Of a stretch of 64,000 nucleotides of DNA, positions 24,594 to 36,700 are shown piece by piece. How positions within the stretch are numbered: position 1 is the first letter of the stretch; every line of letters begins with the position of its first letter. The stretch is taken from the NCBI GenBank assembly GCA_051362555.1, contig CM120642.1, positions 22,258,001 to 22,322,000 on the forward strand. Reading direction: 5' to 3'. This DNA is from Lingula anatina (taxonomy: Eukaryota; Animalia; Brachiopoda). A model generated the notes under the pieces. The model saw nothing but the letters and a program-made list of their open reading frames with translations. It was not told where the DNA came from and ran no database searches. Both the position numbers and the translations under genes were made by a program.

Positions 24594-26256
24594 TACATCA
24601 CAGCCACTAATTGTTGATAATGCTGTGAATAGCTTAACTAAGTAATTATCCTTATAGCATAACATGCTTTAACACGTGTAATTTAAGCATAATACATATG
24701 TAAACATATATAAATGTATATCCTTTATATATTGTGTAAATAATGTAGTCTATAGTGAGCCTGCAAATGTATTCATACCATTTAGTGCTCAATAAACTTA
24801 TTAAATTAATGTTAAAGTAAGCCACATTGATTTGTTCTGGGAAAACCTAGAAAAAATTAAACATCATGGATTAAGAAAATTTATCTTCACATTGCTTGTC
24901 AGGGGGTCGTACGTGAACCCCTTGTTCCAACCAGACTACTATCTTTCATCACTGTCTCCACTAGCACAATATGATGAAATTTGTGGACATCGTCACAATC
25001 ATGTTGAGACTGACCTTAAGTCCAAATACTGCAGCCCCAGTACTTTTGCAGCTTCACTTTACCAAGATCTATGGTAACAAAATTTATCAAATTTTATACA
25101 GAAACATTTTCAAGTAAATGTACCAGTTTGATAATGTTTTAAATAAAACGGTGAATTATTTTGCCTTCACTTTGCTATTTTTAAACATCCTAAGCAACTC
25201 GACCCTGAGTTCAGTTGGCACAGGTGTCAGTGGTTGTTCTTGGATAGTACTGCATTTGATGGTTTGACGGTGTGTTTTAATGTAACATGCGGAGCAAAAT
25301 CTGTATTATTTAATGAATTGTAGTTGAGTCCACCCCCTACCCCTTTGTACCGCGTTATCCACCGTACGGGATCATATCTTTTTTCCTTGTGAAATGTTGT
25401 ATGCTCATTGCTTGTGGCACTCTTAATCTGCCTAGTTGTTCATTAAAGCCTTAGAGGTTGGGTCCTTGGGGATCAGCTTGTGGCTGAGGTCTCTCATCTG
25501 CTGAGTGATCCATTTTTCCCTGGTTTATCTGTACTTATAAGGCTGAATGCTGGGGTATCTAACTGCTGCTGTAGTATTTCATTCACTTGGCATCTTAGTG
25601 AGAGGAACTTCGGGATCACAGGTCTCTCCACCACCTTACATAACGTCATGTTTTGCTTTCTAGAGATCAGCGTACAGTGCCCTCCTTCTGAGTACAGACT
25701 ATTGACCCCTACATATTTCTATCATTTTATACCTTTACATATACAACTACATTACACTGGTTTCCCAGCCAGGTGGGTTGCCGTAGTGGTCACTTTAAAC
25801 CGAATTGAAGACTAAGGGTTAAAACTTTGAAGTTATCTCACATGTACGTACAAACTGTGCATATGGATGCTGCTTCAGGTGAAACTTGTGGAGGATAAGT
25901 TTTTGTAACATTGGATGTTCATGACAAAAGAACATAAGTGGCAGACAAGTAACAGGAAACAAAAGGTTAATTGGCAGGTTTTTAATTTGAAAACCATTGA
26001 TAGAACCATTTCATGGAAATTAATCAACCTTTTGCGAAAAAAAAAGTTCTCGAAATAAAAATTTGATCCTCATGACGTAATTTGATCCTGCTCAGTCATA
26101 CGTGAAAAGACACGACAATCCATGGTGTGCATTGAAGCATAATTTCCCTACGAACCTATATTTACATTAACATTTGTTATATGAAATAAAATTTTAAAAT
26201 TTTGGATATTTTTCTAAGTGTTCACTTTTTTTTTTATATACCCTGTATAACAACCT

Positions 26257-26382
26257 CAGTGGCGGATTCCGAAGGGGGGTCAGAGGGGTCTTGCCCCCCC
26301 CCCCCCCCCCCCCCCCTCCGTTGGTTTTTGAAAAATATATCACACCTATATTCCCCTCTTGAAATTAGAATTTTGACTAGCT
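26257..26382 (+). mobile_element. hAT-type MITE fragment
   Basis: CAGTGGCGGATTCC...poly-C...CCCCTCTTGAAATTAGAATTTTGACTAGCTAA, shared with the elements at 17298 and 29202. Confidence 0.65.
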
Positions 26383-26719
26383 AAGAGAGCAAGGTATTTA
26401 ATGGTCTCTCAATGAATGCCAATGAATGTCATTCAGAGACTATTAAGAGATTAATGCGCTACCTCCAGAATAACGTCAAATGTCATATTTCTTTACTTGA
26501 ATCGGTTTTAAAATGGTTTCTTTTACTAAATTCTTCTTTTTACAAAATAGTTTGTAATCTAGAGTGTCGTATTAGACACGCTGAAGGGTTCAAAAAGAGA
26601 ACTAGTTTTGGAAACATGTTGCACATATTCTCTTGAAATATTTTGCAAGTTAATTACTAACTTCAGATTTTAGCGCTCTCTTTCGACGTAATCACCGTTT
26701 CACAGCGAAAGAAATCACA

Positions 26720-27080
26720 GTGCGCGATGATTGACGTTTGTTTATATAAGCTGCCAATCAAACTGTTATTACTTGACAGCAACTATCAAAACTAACTGAA
26801 TTTGATTGGCACCTTGTCAATCAAAGGATGTAGGAAGCTTGAAATAAACGTGTTCGACGACTTTAGTGATTCACTGTGTAATGATTGTGATTGACGTTTG
26901 TTTATATAACCTGTCAATTAAGCTGTTATTACTTGACAGCAACTATCAAAACTAATGAATTTGAAAAGAATATTGGAGTTTTTCATGTTCGGAGAGGAGA
27001 GTGCAGTAATTGTGTTTGACGTTTGTTTAAAAAAATTTCATTTATAGCCGTGTGCGCTTGACAGCTTCCATCAAAGTTGA
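26720..27080. repeat. Three degenerate ~125-160-bp direct repeats
   Basis: TTGACGTTTGTTTA...CTTGACAGC.ACTATCAAA at 26731, 26891 and ~27017. Confidence 0.75.
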
Positions 27081-28540
27081 ATTAGCCTGCTTGTATTTGA
27101 TTCATACCTGTCTATAACAATACATGTCGTAACATTCTGGAGGTAGGGGGCATTTTATTTTCTTTTTTTTTTGCAGCGCGTTAAAAAACGTCGGACTCTT
27201 TATTTCAACCGAGAGCCTGAAAATTAACGACGTGAAAAAGTCCCGGGTTCTTTCACAGGCGTTTGTTATTGTACTAAAATCAGTTGTCATTCTTTTTCTG
27301 GTTATGATGTAAAATGACTATACATGAATTAACGTTGTTGTCGATGTTTGTTGCTCCATAATCCTTTCTTTGCTCGGACGAAATCGGAACTTCGTATACG
27401 AACTGAACATATTACTTGAATCATACTCATGTTCTTTTACACCCAGTGAATATTTTTGGATCATTTTTAAAAAACGAATGGTATAAAAAGTAAACCTTGT
27501 CATTTTTTCATGAGCTACGGAGAGAAAAAAGCCGAGATAATGATGTTAGTGGCCAGGTAAAATTAGAAAGTACCGGTTTTGTTCGTTCCTTATAAAGGGC
27601 CGGGGCAATAAGTAGCCCGTCTCTGTATGTTGACAGGAGCGTGCGTGAAAACTGTTGTTTTCAAATAAACTACACAATTAAAACTGCCAAATTAAAACTG
27701 AAAACAATTTTATGCAATGCGTTAACAATCTTTCGAGCTTTAATCTTCATAAGTATAAAAACTCCAGATTTCAATAACGTGTGAAAATTATTAAACTAAA
27801 AGTGGAATAAGTCGGGCTGTTTTAATCAAAGACTTGAAATTCTTGATTTCATATAATGAAGTTGTTCGTTCAATATTTTATACTTTATTTCATCACATTG
27901 GTAAAAATTATCTTTTCATTATATATAAAATGGATGCTACGCCGTATAAGATTTAATATCTGATCGAATATTTACTTGAAAACATACTTTTTTATCTAAT
28001 TTATTTTATTCTATTTTTAAATAAAAACAAAATTAATTCAGCAATTACAACAACATCTTTGTTTGTCCGAAGGCGCATATTATAATGTAAGAGATTTCCT
28101 GGCATGCTTTTTGCTTTTTAATATGTATATTTTATATATAATGTTTCATACCGCAAGTGACACTAAAAATAAAGCTTTTTTCTCTCGGTATTTTTTTTCA
28201 ACTAATCTATCATAGAGAAACATCTTTCACTTGTTTCTATATAACCCAGATTAGTTTTGAGCTCAGGTCGAGAAAAGTCGGTTTGTCAGCAGATAAGTCA
28301 AAGGGGTTCAAACAGAGGAACGGGGGGCGGTAGGCGAGTCTTGACATTCCTTTTTTTTAGTACGTAAAAAATGGCGCATTCAAATAATTGTGCACGAGGC
28401 AACTTCATATCTTGGCTTCCTTTTTTTCGCCCTTAGAAATACCCACAGATACTGAGCTTACTTAAGCGCCGATTTAAGGGTCATTCACAAGTAAACTCAG
28501 TACCGAAATGCCGTATAGTTCCATTCTTAGTGTTCAACTT

Positions 28541-28564
28541 CTCTCTCTCTCTCTCTCTCTCTCT
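28541..28564. repeat. (CT)n microsatellite
   Basis: 12 CT units. Confidence 0.95.
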
Positions 28565-29201
28565 TCATTTATTTTAATCTATTTTAATCTCCATATACGT
28601 AAGAATGATTTAGAATTTAATCGGCGGGGAATCCAAAATTGATACAGGGTTGATATAAAAAGTCGTTCCATTTTCTAATGAACTGGGTCTTTTAATGGTA
28701 GACAGTAACGCGTCTTCCCATGAACGGGGCAATTTTTGTAGAGAGCAATACTCCTTACGCTGACTACTATAGAGATAGTCCCGCCTAGGTTTGTTAATTT
28801 TATTCATACAAGGCAGTCTATTTTCCATTTTGAAGACCAATATTCGGTTTGCATGATAATCACAAATCAATGGCTTAATTCAAAAGTATATTGGGGGAAA
28901 GCTCTCTCCTCACACACCTACGGCTGCCCAAGGCAGTCGGAGTGCGGGCTATAAAAAGAATGGTGTTTATAAAAGCCCCCTGCCCACTTTTTTCACGTCA
29001 ACACAAGAAGGAACGGGATGGTTCTTCTATTTCTTCTTCTCCTCCTTCTCCTTCTTTTTTTGTGGGAGCGCGAACTAGTCGAAAGTTAACACTTTTTGAA
29101 ACCTTTCCTGCCGTGCGTAAGCGCAACCAGTACAATGCATAGATTTTGTGCCGTCACAATGAGGCCGAGGCCGCAGCACAGGCAAAACACTGCAGCCTAA
29201 G

Positions 29202-29427
29202 CAGTGGCGGGTTTAGGGGGGTGTCACGGAGGTCCTGCCCCCCCCCCCTTGATATTAGAATTTTGACTAGCTTAATCATAGTTCTAGACGGTAGCAAATG
29301 GCACCGTTAGCCCTCTAAAATACCAAAAATTTTCGGTACCCTTCAGCGGGCCCCGAACCCCACGTCAAAGGGGATGGAGGAGGGGGCGAGGGTCGGCTTC
29401 ACATCTGAGGCCTGTCATCCGCCCCTG
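29202..29427 (+). mobile_element. hAT-type MITE
   Basis: CAGTGGCGGG...ATCCGCCCCTG termini; interior similar to 17298-17584. Confidence 0.7.
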
Positions 29428-29905
29428 ACTAAACTGTTAACATTCGTGCATGATAACGGGTTATTCACTGGTACATGGAACTATTAGCAAGTGCGACCGC
29501 CCATCACATAATCCCTGCAGTCGAGTTAAAACTGGCGGCGAATGAACATGTGTTCGAACTTTACATTTTTTCCTCCCATTCTTAACCTGGCATGGTTGAC
29601 CAACTTTGATCAGGTGTAGATAAGGTGAGATGGAAACTTTTTTTTAAATTCCTTTTTAACAGCTCTCAGAAGTCCATCATGTGAGACTTTTTTCTCCAAT
29701 GACCAAAGCTTAATCTAAGTTATTTTCACCTCACCTGTGTTAAAATAGACCGAAATACATGTAGTGTGTTTCACCAGCTAGTGATAATAAGCCCCTATAC
29801 ATATTTAAACTACTCAAATAAAGAGTTCCCTTGTATTCTCCAGCTCAAATTTATACTTCTGGGGGCCGTGGCTTTCTTCGACGCATTTCCTCTTCGACAG
29901 ATTTA

Positions 29906-30510
29906 CAGGGGCGGATCCAGGATTATTTGAAGGTGGGGATCCGCGGTTGCGAAATCCTCCCCCCCCCCAACCCCCCCCCCCCCCCCCCCCCCCAAACAAA
30001 ATTTTATTGAAACTGCTACCATAAATGATAGAGTTGACAAGTCAACTGAAATTTCAGACAGCTTGCTTGTGTACATAAGGGTTATCAGGGTTACAGTACA
30101 GGGAGGGGCGGGATACGGCACATAGTGAACCAATATCTATGGTTCCTCGCTGCACATTATGTTGTGGTTCTTCGCTGCACATTATGTTGTGGTTCTTCGC
30201 TGCACATTATATGTTGTTGGTGGGCGTCGTCTTTACAAACGGAAAGAGAAAATGTGAACATTCACCTACACGTAGGTGCAGTGCAGTGCACAGTACTTCG
30301 GGGATGGGAGTCCAGCCGCCTTGGAGAAATAATAAAACTGGTATAGCTGAGCCCCACATTAAACATGCATATTATGTTCAGGTGAAGGAGATCTGCTTGA
30401 AATCGATCTTGCAGTTTTCAGCCCAAAAAACGCTGCTGCTACACCATCAGCTCGAGTAAGCAAAACATCCGCGGCGGACCCCCCCCTCTCCTTCAAATAA
30501 TCCTGGATCC
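29906..30510. mobile_element. Inverted MITE ends enclosing ~500 bp, including a 3x25-bp minisatellite (30141-30217)
   Basis: CAGGGGCGGATCCAGGATTATTTGAAGG at 29906 and CCTTCAAATAATCCTGGATCC at 30490-30510; GGTTCTTCGCTGCACATTATGTTGT x3. Confidence 0.55.
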
Positions 30511-30726
30511 TGGATCAATATCGGGCAATGGACATCAAACAATACCGGTAGGCCTACCATCCCAGAAAACTGAAATGAAAAAGGGATTGTAAAAAAATAA
30601 CTTTTTATTCTTTTAAATAATGAACAATGGGATCCTTTTAAATAATAAATATTTCAAATACCTTTTCAACCAAAATATTATCAATTCATATTCGAACTAA
30701 AAATCAGAAGATCTAGGCCGAAATAG

Positions 30727-30769
30727 CTTGAACCAAGGAGTTACAACTGTTGTAACTCCTTGCTTGAAC
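30727..30769. other. 29-bp hairpin with 7-bp TSD (P-superfamily-like excision footprint); empty site in the paralogue
   Basis: CTTGAAC-CAAGGAGTTACAAC-T-GTTGTAACTCCTTG-CTTGAAC. The left arm has a single GTTCAAG at 18052-18058. Confidence 0.8.
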
Positions 30770-30825
30770 GTAGCGCTGAACTTTGATGCGCTTGATGTGC
30801 CCCGATTCTCCTCCGATGTAGTGTG

Positions 30826-31090
30826 TTAGTTGTGACAGATATGTTGATTGTGTTTTCACTGCGGTCTTTTTTCATCAACAGACGTGTTCATTCGGATCGG
30901 AATACTATTTTCAAGCATTTCGCACGTTATGGAACATATCTAGGGTTGTTAACGACGTATTCAATCGCCACTGGCACGTCGCCTTACATATGCAAAGATT
31001 CAGTGAAGATTTTTTGGGATTGGAAAGAGCTGAAATCATGTAGTTTTTCAAGTTAGCACAATCGAGAAGGAGTGCATTTTAGTTTATTGG
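30826..31090 (+). ncRNA. Putative first exon of a spliced, largely non-coding transcript (mirror copy ~17704-17995 on minus)
   Basis: Inr-like TTAGTT (30826-30831), raised CpG content, a near-invariant block at 30959-31030 and donor GG|GTAAGT after 31090. All are retained in the inverted paralogue. Confidence 0.4.
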
Positions 31091-33384
31091 GTAAGTATAA
31101 AGACTATTTGCTTCCCTTCTGATAAATGCTCTAAGACTTCTGGTTTGTGATAACAAACAAATCTTATCTAAATTCGTGTCTTTCATTTTTATCCTACAAA
31201 ATCATAGATCTCAGGGGCGGATCCCGGATTATTTGAAAGGGGGGGGGGGGGAGGAAGGGGTCAGCGGATAAATCTAATCAACACAAACTGGTGGTAGGAC
31301 ATCCATATTTTTTATGAAGTCAAAGTTGGTCGTCGGAGAGACATTCATTTGGCCTTGTTGTATACATGTATACATGTCTAATCCGGGAGTCTCCTGAATA
31401 CAGAGCGAATCTCCCCGTCACCCGTAGCCTACATGTAACCAAATCTCCCGGATAAAAGCGACTTTGAAATTTTGCACCACTGTCAGCAAACGCCCTGTCG
31501 ATTTATCTCCAGAATAGTTGGGTGATCTTTTGAAAACTTCATAATTCTCTTCTGGATTGTTTGAGAGAATGGTCACTCCCCACCTCCCCCCCCCCCCCCC
31601 CCCAGCACCTGATCACAACGGCAGCACCCCCCACACACCCCCTTATTGAGCAAAATGTTAGAATCTCCAGATTTTAGATTTCTAGAGGTGGGCATCTCTG
31701 TTACTGGACACCTGGCCAGATCAGGTATATAATATATATGTGAGTGGAAAAGTAGGAAATCACATGCCTAGAAAACTTTAATTATATCTGGTTTTCTTAG
31801 AATGAATTTCCATAGTAACAAAATTTTCATGGATACCCATCTGTTGCTGCATGATTTTCAAAAAATTCTTTATGGGCTATTTTGAATGATATTTTAGAAA
31901 TTTTGTAAAAATTGCTGCAATGTACAACTTATAACACTGTTTTATCTCCCCACAAGGCTGTTCATTACTGCAAAAAAAAAAAGTAAAATTGAAAAGCTGA
32001 AAATATAGCCACAATGTCATGAGTGTAACACTATTTAGCTGCAATTGATTCAAACTTTTTTAAAGTCACATTCTTTAAAAACTGCCCATGATATTTCTTC
32101 AACTTATTGCTTGTAGTTAAAGAAGTTCTCCACTGGATCTAACCCCATTTGACAGAATCAGTGTCTTGTTATTACAAATAGTAATGCAATAGTGAAAATG
32201 TCTAGTCTATTCAAAAATTTACTTGGACCTCAGTGAATCCAGTAGATTTTAGGAAACTGGTGGTTCAATTGGCCAGAAAACTGTAAAGTTTATGGCAAAG
32301 ATTGCACTAATAAAGGAACCTTTTTTCAAATTTAGTGATCAATACAAAATTTACCAAAATGTAGCTTAGACTATTTCTTTCTATGGTTCTTTCTTTGGTG
32401 TTTCACATAAAAGATAAATACTTTTTTAAACCAACCATCAGTTAAATTTACCTTTTTCTTTGAATATAAAATCTGTGTCACAAGTGCCTTCAGGTTGCGA
32501 AGGGGGATAAATGTTCTTCCTTCCATTGTGGTACTCATGTCAGGAATGTAACACCATGGCCAGTTTTACTATCTGAACTTGCAAAAAATATATCTTAACA
32601 TCCTTTAGTCGGCTAATGTGAAAGCTCCAAACTTTATTTATCTCAGAGAGTCATAGAAAATAAAATCATGATATTATTTCCCCGTATATGTGAAACATGT
32701 CACAATTCCAATAAAGAATGTACTTTCCATGTTAAATTGTATCTGCCTTCAGCTTAATTTTTTAATTATGTTTGTCATTTATCCCCATGGAAAATGTGAA
32801 ATATCCTTGTTTAATTAATCTCTGAGCTTAATTTCTTATCACCTCAAAGTCATGCTATTAATATAGTCCAATCCAATAACACAAAGATGAAAAAGATGTG
32901 ACAAAGATAAATTTTAAAATGGTCCATATACTGAAGCAGTAGTGTACACCTGTAGTGCGACAAGCCAAGCAAAACATTGGTTGTGAAGAAAACTTGGAAA
33001 ATGTACTAAAAAAAGAAAAAAAATCAAAAGTATCTAAAGCCCGAAATATGTCCATATAGTGACATAACTTAATAATAAATCAGATGGGTACACATACATA
33101 TGTACATATCTCTCTGTCCAAACTATTAACTGGAGACCTACATGTGTATAATGTGGGGAGTGAGAACAAGAAAACCACTTGGCCTGCAAAGAAAACTTAG
33201 AAAACATACAAGAAAATTACAAAAAAGCTGGTGCCCCTTAAAGCTACAGTTAACACTTCATTTGTCAGTACAGTATATTGTAACTTTTTTTGACTACCTA
33301 TGAACACCAACTACACAAACTGCAGTCAGTTTCATCCCAGGAGTTCAGCCGCCAGGAGGTCCTGTTACTTTTATTCCCAGTGTA

Positions 33385-33645
33385 CAGACACCTGTGACAC
33401 CAGCACCCACAGGTAAATATCAGTACCACTATATATACAGTGTATGATGTCACTGATACAGTAGAAGATATTTATGTATAGACACCTGTGACACCAGCAC
33501 CCACAGGTAAATATCAGTACCACTATACATACAGTGTATGATGTCACTGATACAGTAGACAATATTTATGAACAGACATCTGTGACACCAGCACCCACAG
33601 GTAAATTTCAGTACCACTAGTACTATATATACAGTGTATGATGTC
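33385..33645 (+). repeat. 94-bp tandem repeat x~2.8, each unit with CAG|GTAAAT
   Basis: ACACCTGTGACACCAGCACCCACAGGTAAAT, with the AG ending at 33412, 33506 and 33600. Confidence 0.9.
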
Positions 33646-33654
33646 TTTTTCCAG

Positions 33655-33796
33655 GTGACCTTTTCCATACAGCATGGTGGGTTTTTTGATGAACTGATTC
33701 TTCCTGTCTGGTCATGGCTAATTCCTGTAGAAAAAACAGGCAGTGAAAGACAACAGCAAGAGCAATGGTCTGTCTCATCCATGTGTACAATAGATG
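33655..33796 (+). other. 142-nt exon-like cassette (first of 19 copies; last at 63026-63167)
   Basis: TCTTTTTCCAG|GTGAC...TAGATG|GTATGT. The paralogous cassettes at 3773-3913, 3005-3145 and 1850-1990 (minus) retain TTCCAG| and ATG|GTATGT. Confidence 0.5.
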
Positions 33797-36700
33797 GTAT
33801 GTGGCAAGCTTTAGGATATTGTCAAATGGTGTGCTAAACACGATTCCAGAAACCGATTGTAAGGAGAAATCTGCATCTGGTATTGGTAGTAGGGAGAAGA
33901 CTTGAATGGGTATATATTTTTTTTGCAGAGGACAATTACACTTCTATTAAACACAGTCAAGTGATAAGCTTATCACAGATTTTTATTACTATTCAGCATC
34001 ATTTGCCCAAATTCCACAAATATTTGACAAGATTTGTCAAAATTATTAACGTTTAACTATTTTATACCATGAAATTTGGCAGTCTTTTTAGTGTTATTTT
34101 CAGTTTTTTCAACTTTATTGTCCTAAAAAAATCTTTTTTATTGGACCCAGTCAACTGATGAGCCAATCACGGATTTTTATTGATTTTAAGCATCATTTGT
34201 CCAAATTCCACACATATTGGACAAGATTTGTCAAAATTATTAACATTTCACTATTTTATACCATGGAATTTGGCAGTCTTTTTAGTGTTATTTTCAGTTT
34301 TTTCAACTTTATTGTCCTAAAAAAATCTTTTTCATTGGACCCAGTCAACTGATGAGCTTAGCACAGATTTTTATTGATTTTAAGCATTATTTGTACAAAT
34401 TTCACAAATATTGGACTAGATTTGTCAAAATTATTAATATTTAACTATTTGAAGTCATGGACTTTGGCAGTCTTTTCAATGTAACATTCAGTTTTCTAAA
34501 TTATATTGTCCGAAAAAATCATTTTCATGAGACACAGTCAACTGATGAGCTTTTCACAGATTTTTATTGTTGTTATGAATGATCTGTCCAAATTTCACAG
34601 ATAATGTACTAGATTTGTCAAAATTATTAACGTTAAAGTATATTAATGCACCGAATTTGGTGGACTTCTCAATGTAATTTTCAGTTTTCTCAAATTTATA
34701 TGCTCTGAAAAAATCTTATTCATGAGACACAGTCAACTGATGAGCTTTTCACAGATTTTTATCGTTGTTATGCATTATCTGTCCAAATTTCACAAATATT
34801 GGACTAGATTTGTAAAAATTATTAATGTTTAACTATTTTAAGGCATAGCATTGTCAGTGTTTTCAGTGTCATTTTCAGTTTTCTCTAATTTATATGTTCT
34901 AAAAAAATCTTTTTCATTAGACATTGTCAACTGATTTGGTTTTTTTCAGATTTTTATTGATGTTAAGCATGATTTGTACAAATTTCACAAATATTGGACT
35001 AGATTTGTCAAAATTACTAACGTTTAACTATTTGAAGTCATGGACTTTGACAGTGTTTTCAGTGTTATTTTCAGTTCCAAAAATATCCTCTTTATTAGAC
35101 ACAGTCAACTCTTAAGCTAAACTTTATCAAAGTTATTAATGTTTAACTATTTAAGTCTGTGAAATTTGTCCATTTTTAAATTTTAATTTTCACTTTTTTC
35201 AAATATATTGTTCTTTTTCCAGGTGACTTTTTCCATACAGCGTGGTGGGTTTTTTGATGAACTGATTCTTCCTGTCCGGTCATGGCTAATTCCTGTAGAA
35301 AAAACAGGCAGTGAAAGACAACAGCAAGAGCAATGGTCTGACTCATCCATGTGTACAATAGATGGTATGTGGCAAGCTTTAGGATATTGTCAAATGGTGT
35401 GCTAAACACGATTCCAGAAACCGATTGTAAGGAAAAAATCTGCATCTGGTATTGGTAGTAGGGAGAAGACTTGAATGGGTATATATTTTTTTTGCAGAGG
35501 ACAATTACACTTCTATTACACACAGTCAACTGATAAGCTTATCACAGATTTTTATTACTGTTCAGCATCATTTGCCCAAATTCCACAAATATTCGACAAG
35601 ATTTGTCAAAATTATTAACGTTTAACTATTTTATACCATGAAATTTGGGAGTCTTTTTAGTGTTATTTTCAGTTTTTTCAACTATATTGTCCTAAAAAAA
35701 TCTTTTTCATTGGACCCAGTCAACTGATGAGCTTATCACAGATTTTTATTGATCTTAAGCATCATTTGTACAAATTTCACAAATATTCGACAAGATTTGT
35801 CAAAATTATTAACGTTTAACTATTTTATACCATGAAATTTGGCAGTATTTTTAGTGTTATTTTCAGTTTTTCAACTTTATTGTCCTAAAAAAATCTTTTT
35901 CATTGCACCCAGTCAACTGATGAGCTTATCACAGATTTTTATTGATTTTAAGCATCATTTGTACAAATTTCACAAATATTTGACAAGATTTGTCAAAATT
36001 ATTAACGTTTAACTATTTTATACCATGAAATTTGGCAGTAATTTTAGTGTTATTTTCATTTTTTCAACTTTATTGTCCTAAAAAAATCTTTTTCCTTGGA
36101 CCCAGTCAACTGATGAGATTAGCACAGATTTTTATTGATTTTAAGCATCATTTGTACAAATTTCACAAATATTTGACAAGATTTGTCAAAATTATTAACA
36201 TTTAACTATTTTATACCATGAAATTTGGCAGTAATTTTAGTGTTATTTTCAGTTTTTCAACTTTATTGTCCTAAAAAAATCTTTTTCATTGCACCCAGTC
36301 AACTGATGAGCTTATCACAGATTTTTATTGATTTTAAGCATCATTTGTACAAATTTCACAAATATTGGACTAGATTTGTCAAAATGATTAATATTTAACT
36401 ATTTGAAATCATGGACTTTGGCAGTCTTTTCAATGTAACATTCAGTTTTCTAAATTATATTGTCCGAAAAAATCGTTTTCATGAGACACAGTCAAGTGAT
36501 GAGCTTTTCACAGATTTTTATTGTTGTTATGAATGATCTGTCCAAATTTCACAGATATTGTACTAGATTTGTCAAAATTATTAACGTTTAACTATATTAA
36601 TGCACCGAATTTGGTAGACTTCTCAATGTAATTTTCAGTTTTCTCAAATTTATATGCTCTGAAAAAATCTTATTCATGAGACATAGTCAACTGATGAGCT

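Larger units (their letters stand above)
18730..24808 (+). mobile_element. Decayed, 5'-truncated non-LTR retrotransposon (APE endonuclease-RT-CCHC; RTEX-like), split by HINE copy C
   Basis: EN: GRPSGGIVIYY, CLMGDFNARTG, LRILNGR, DYAI, SDHC. RT: KAPGADSI, NYRGLCITSCLGKLF, FIDFKKAFDSV, GIRQGDNLSPTLF, LYADD. C-terminus LAIERGRY..CKTC..EDEKHFLMEC. AATAAA near 24790. Confidence 0.9.
30520..32326 (+). repeat. Right arm of the inverted segmental duplication (head region)
   Basis: Reverse complement of 16845-18232 and 5376-5540, collinear. Confidence 0.92.

Noticed and set aside
33797-33930. Intronic snoRNA or miRNA downstream of the cassette
   Set aside because: Only a short hairpin (TTTAGGACATTGTCAAATGGTGTGCTAAA); no convincing C/D or H/ACA box arrangement or long pre-miRNA stem by eye. 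An Infernal/Rfam scan would settle it.
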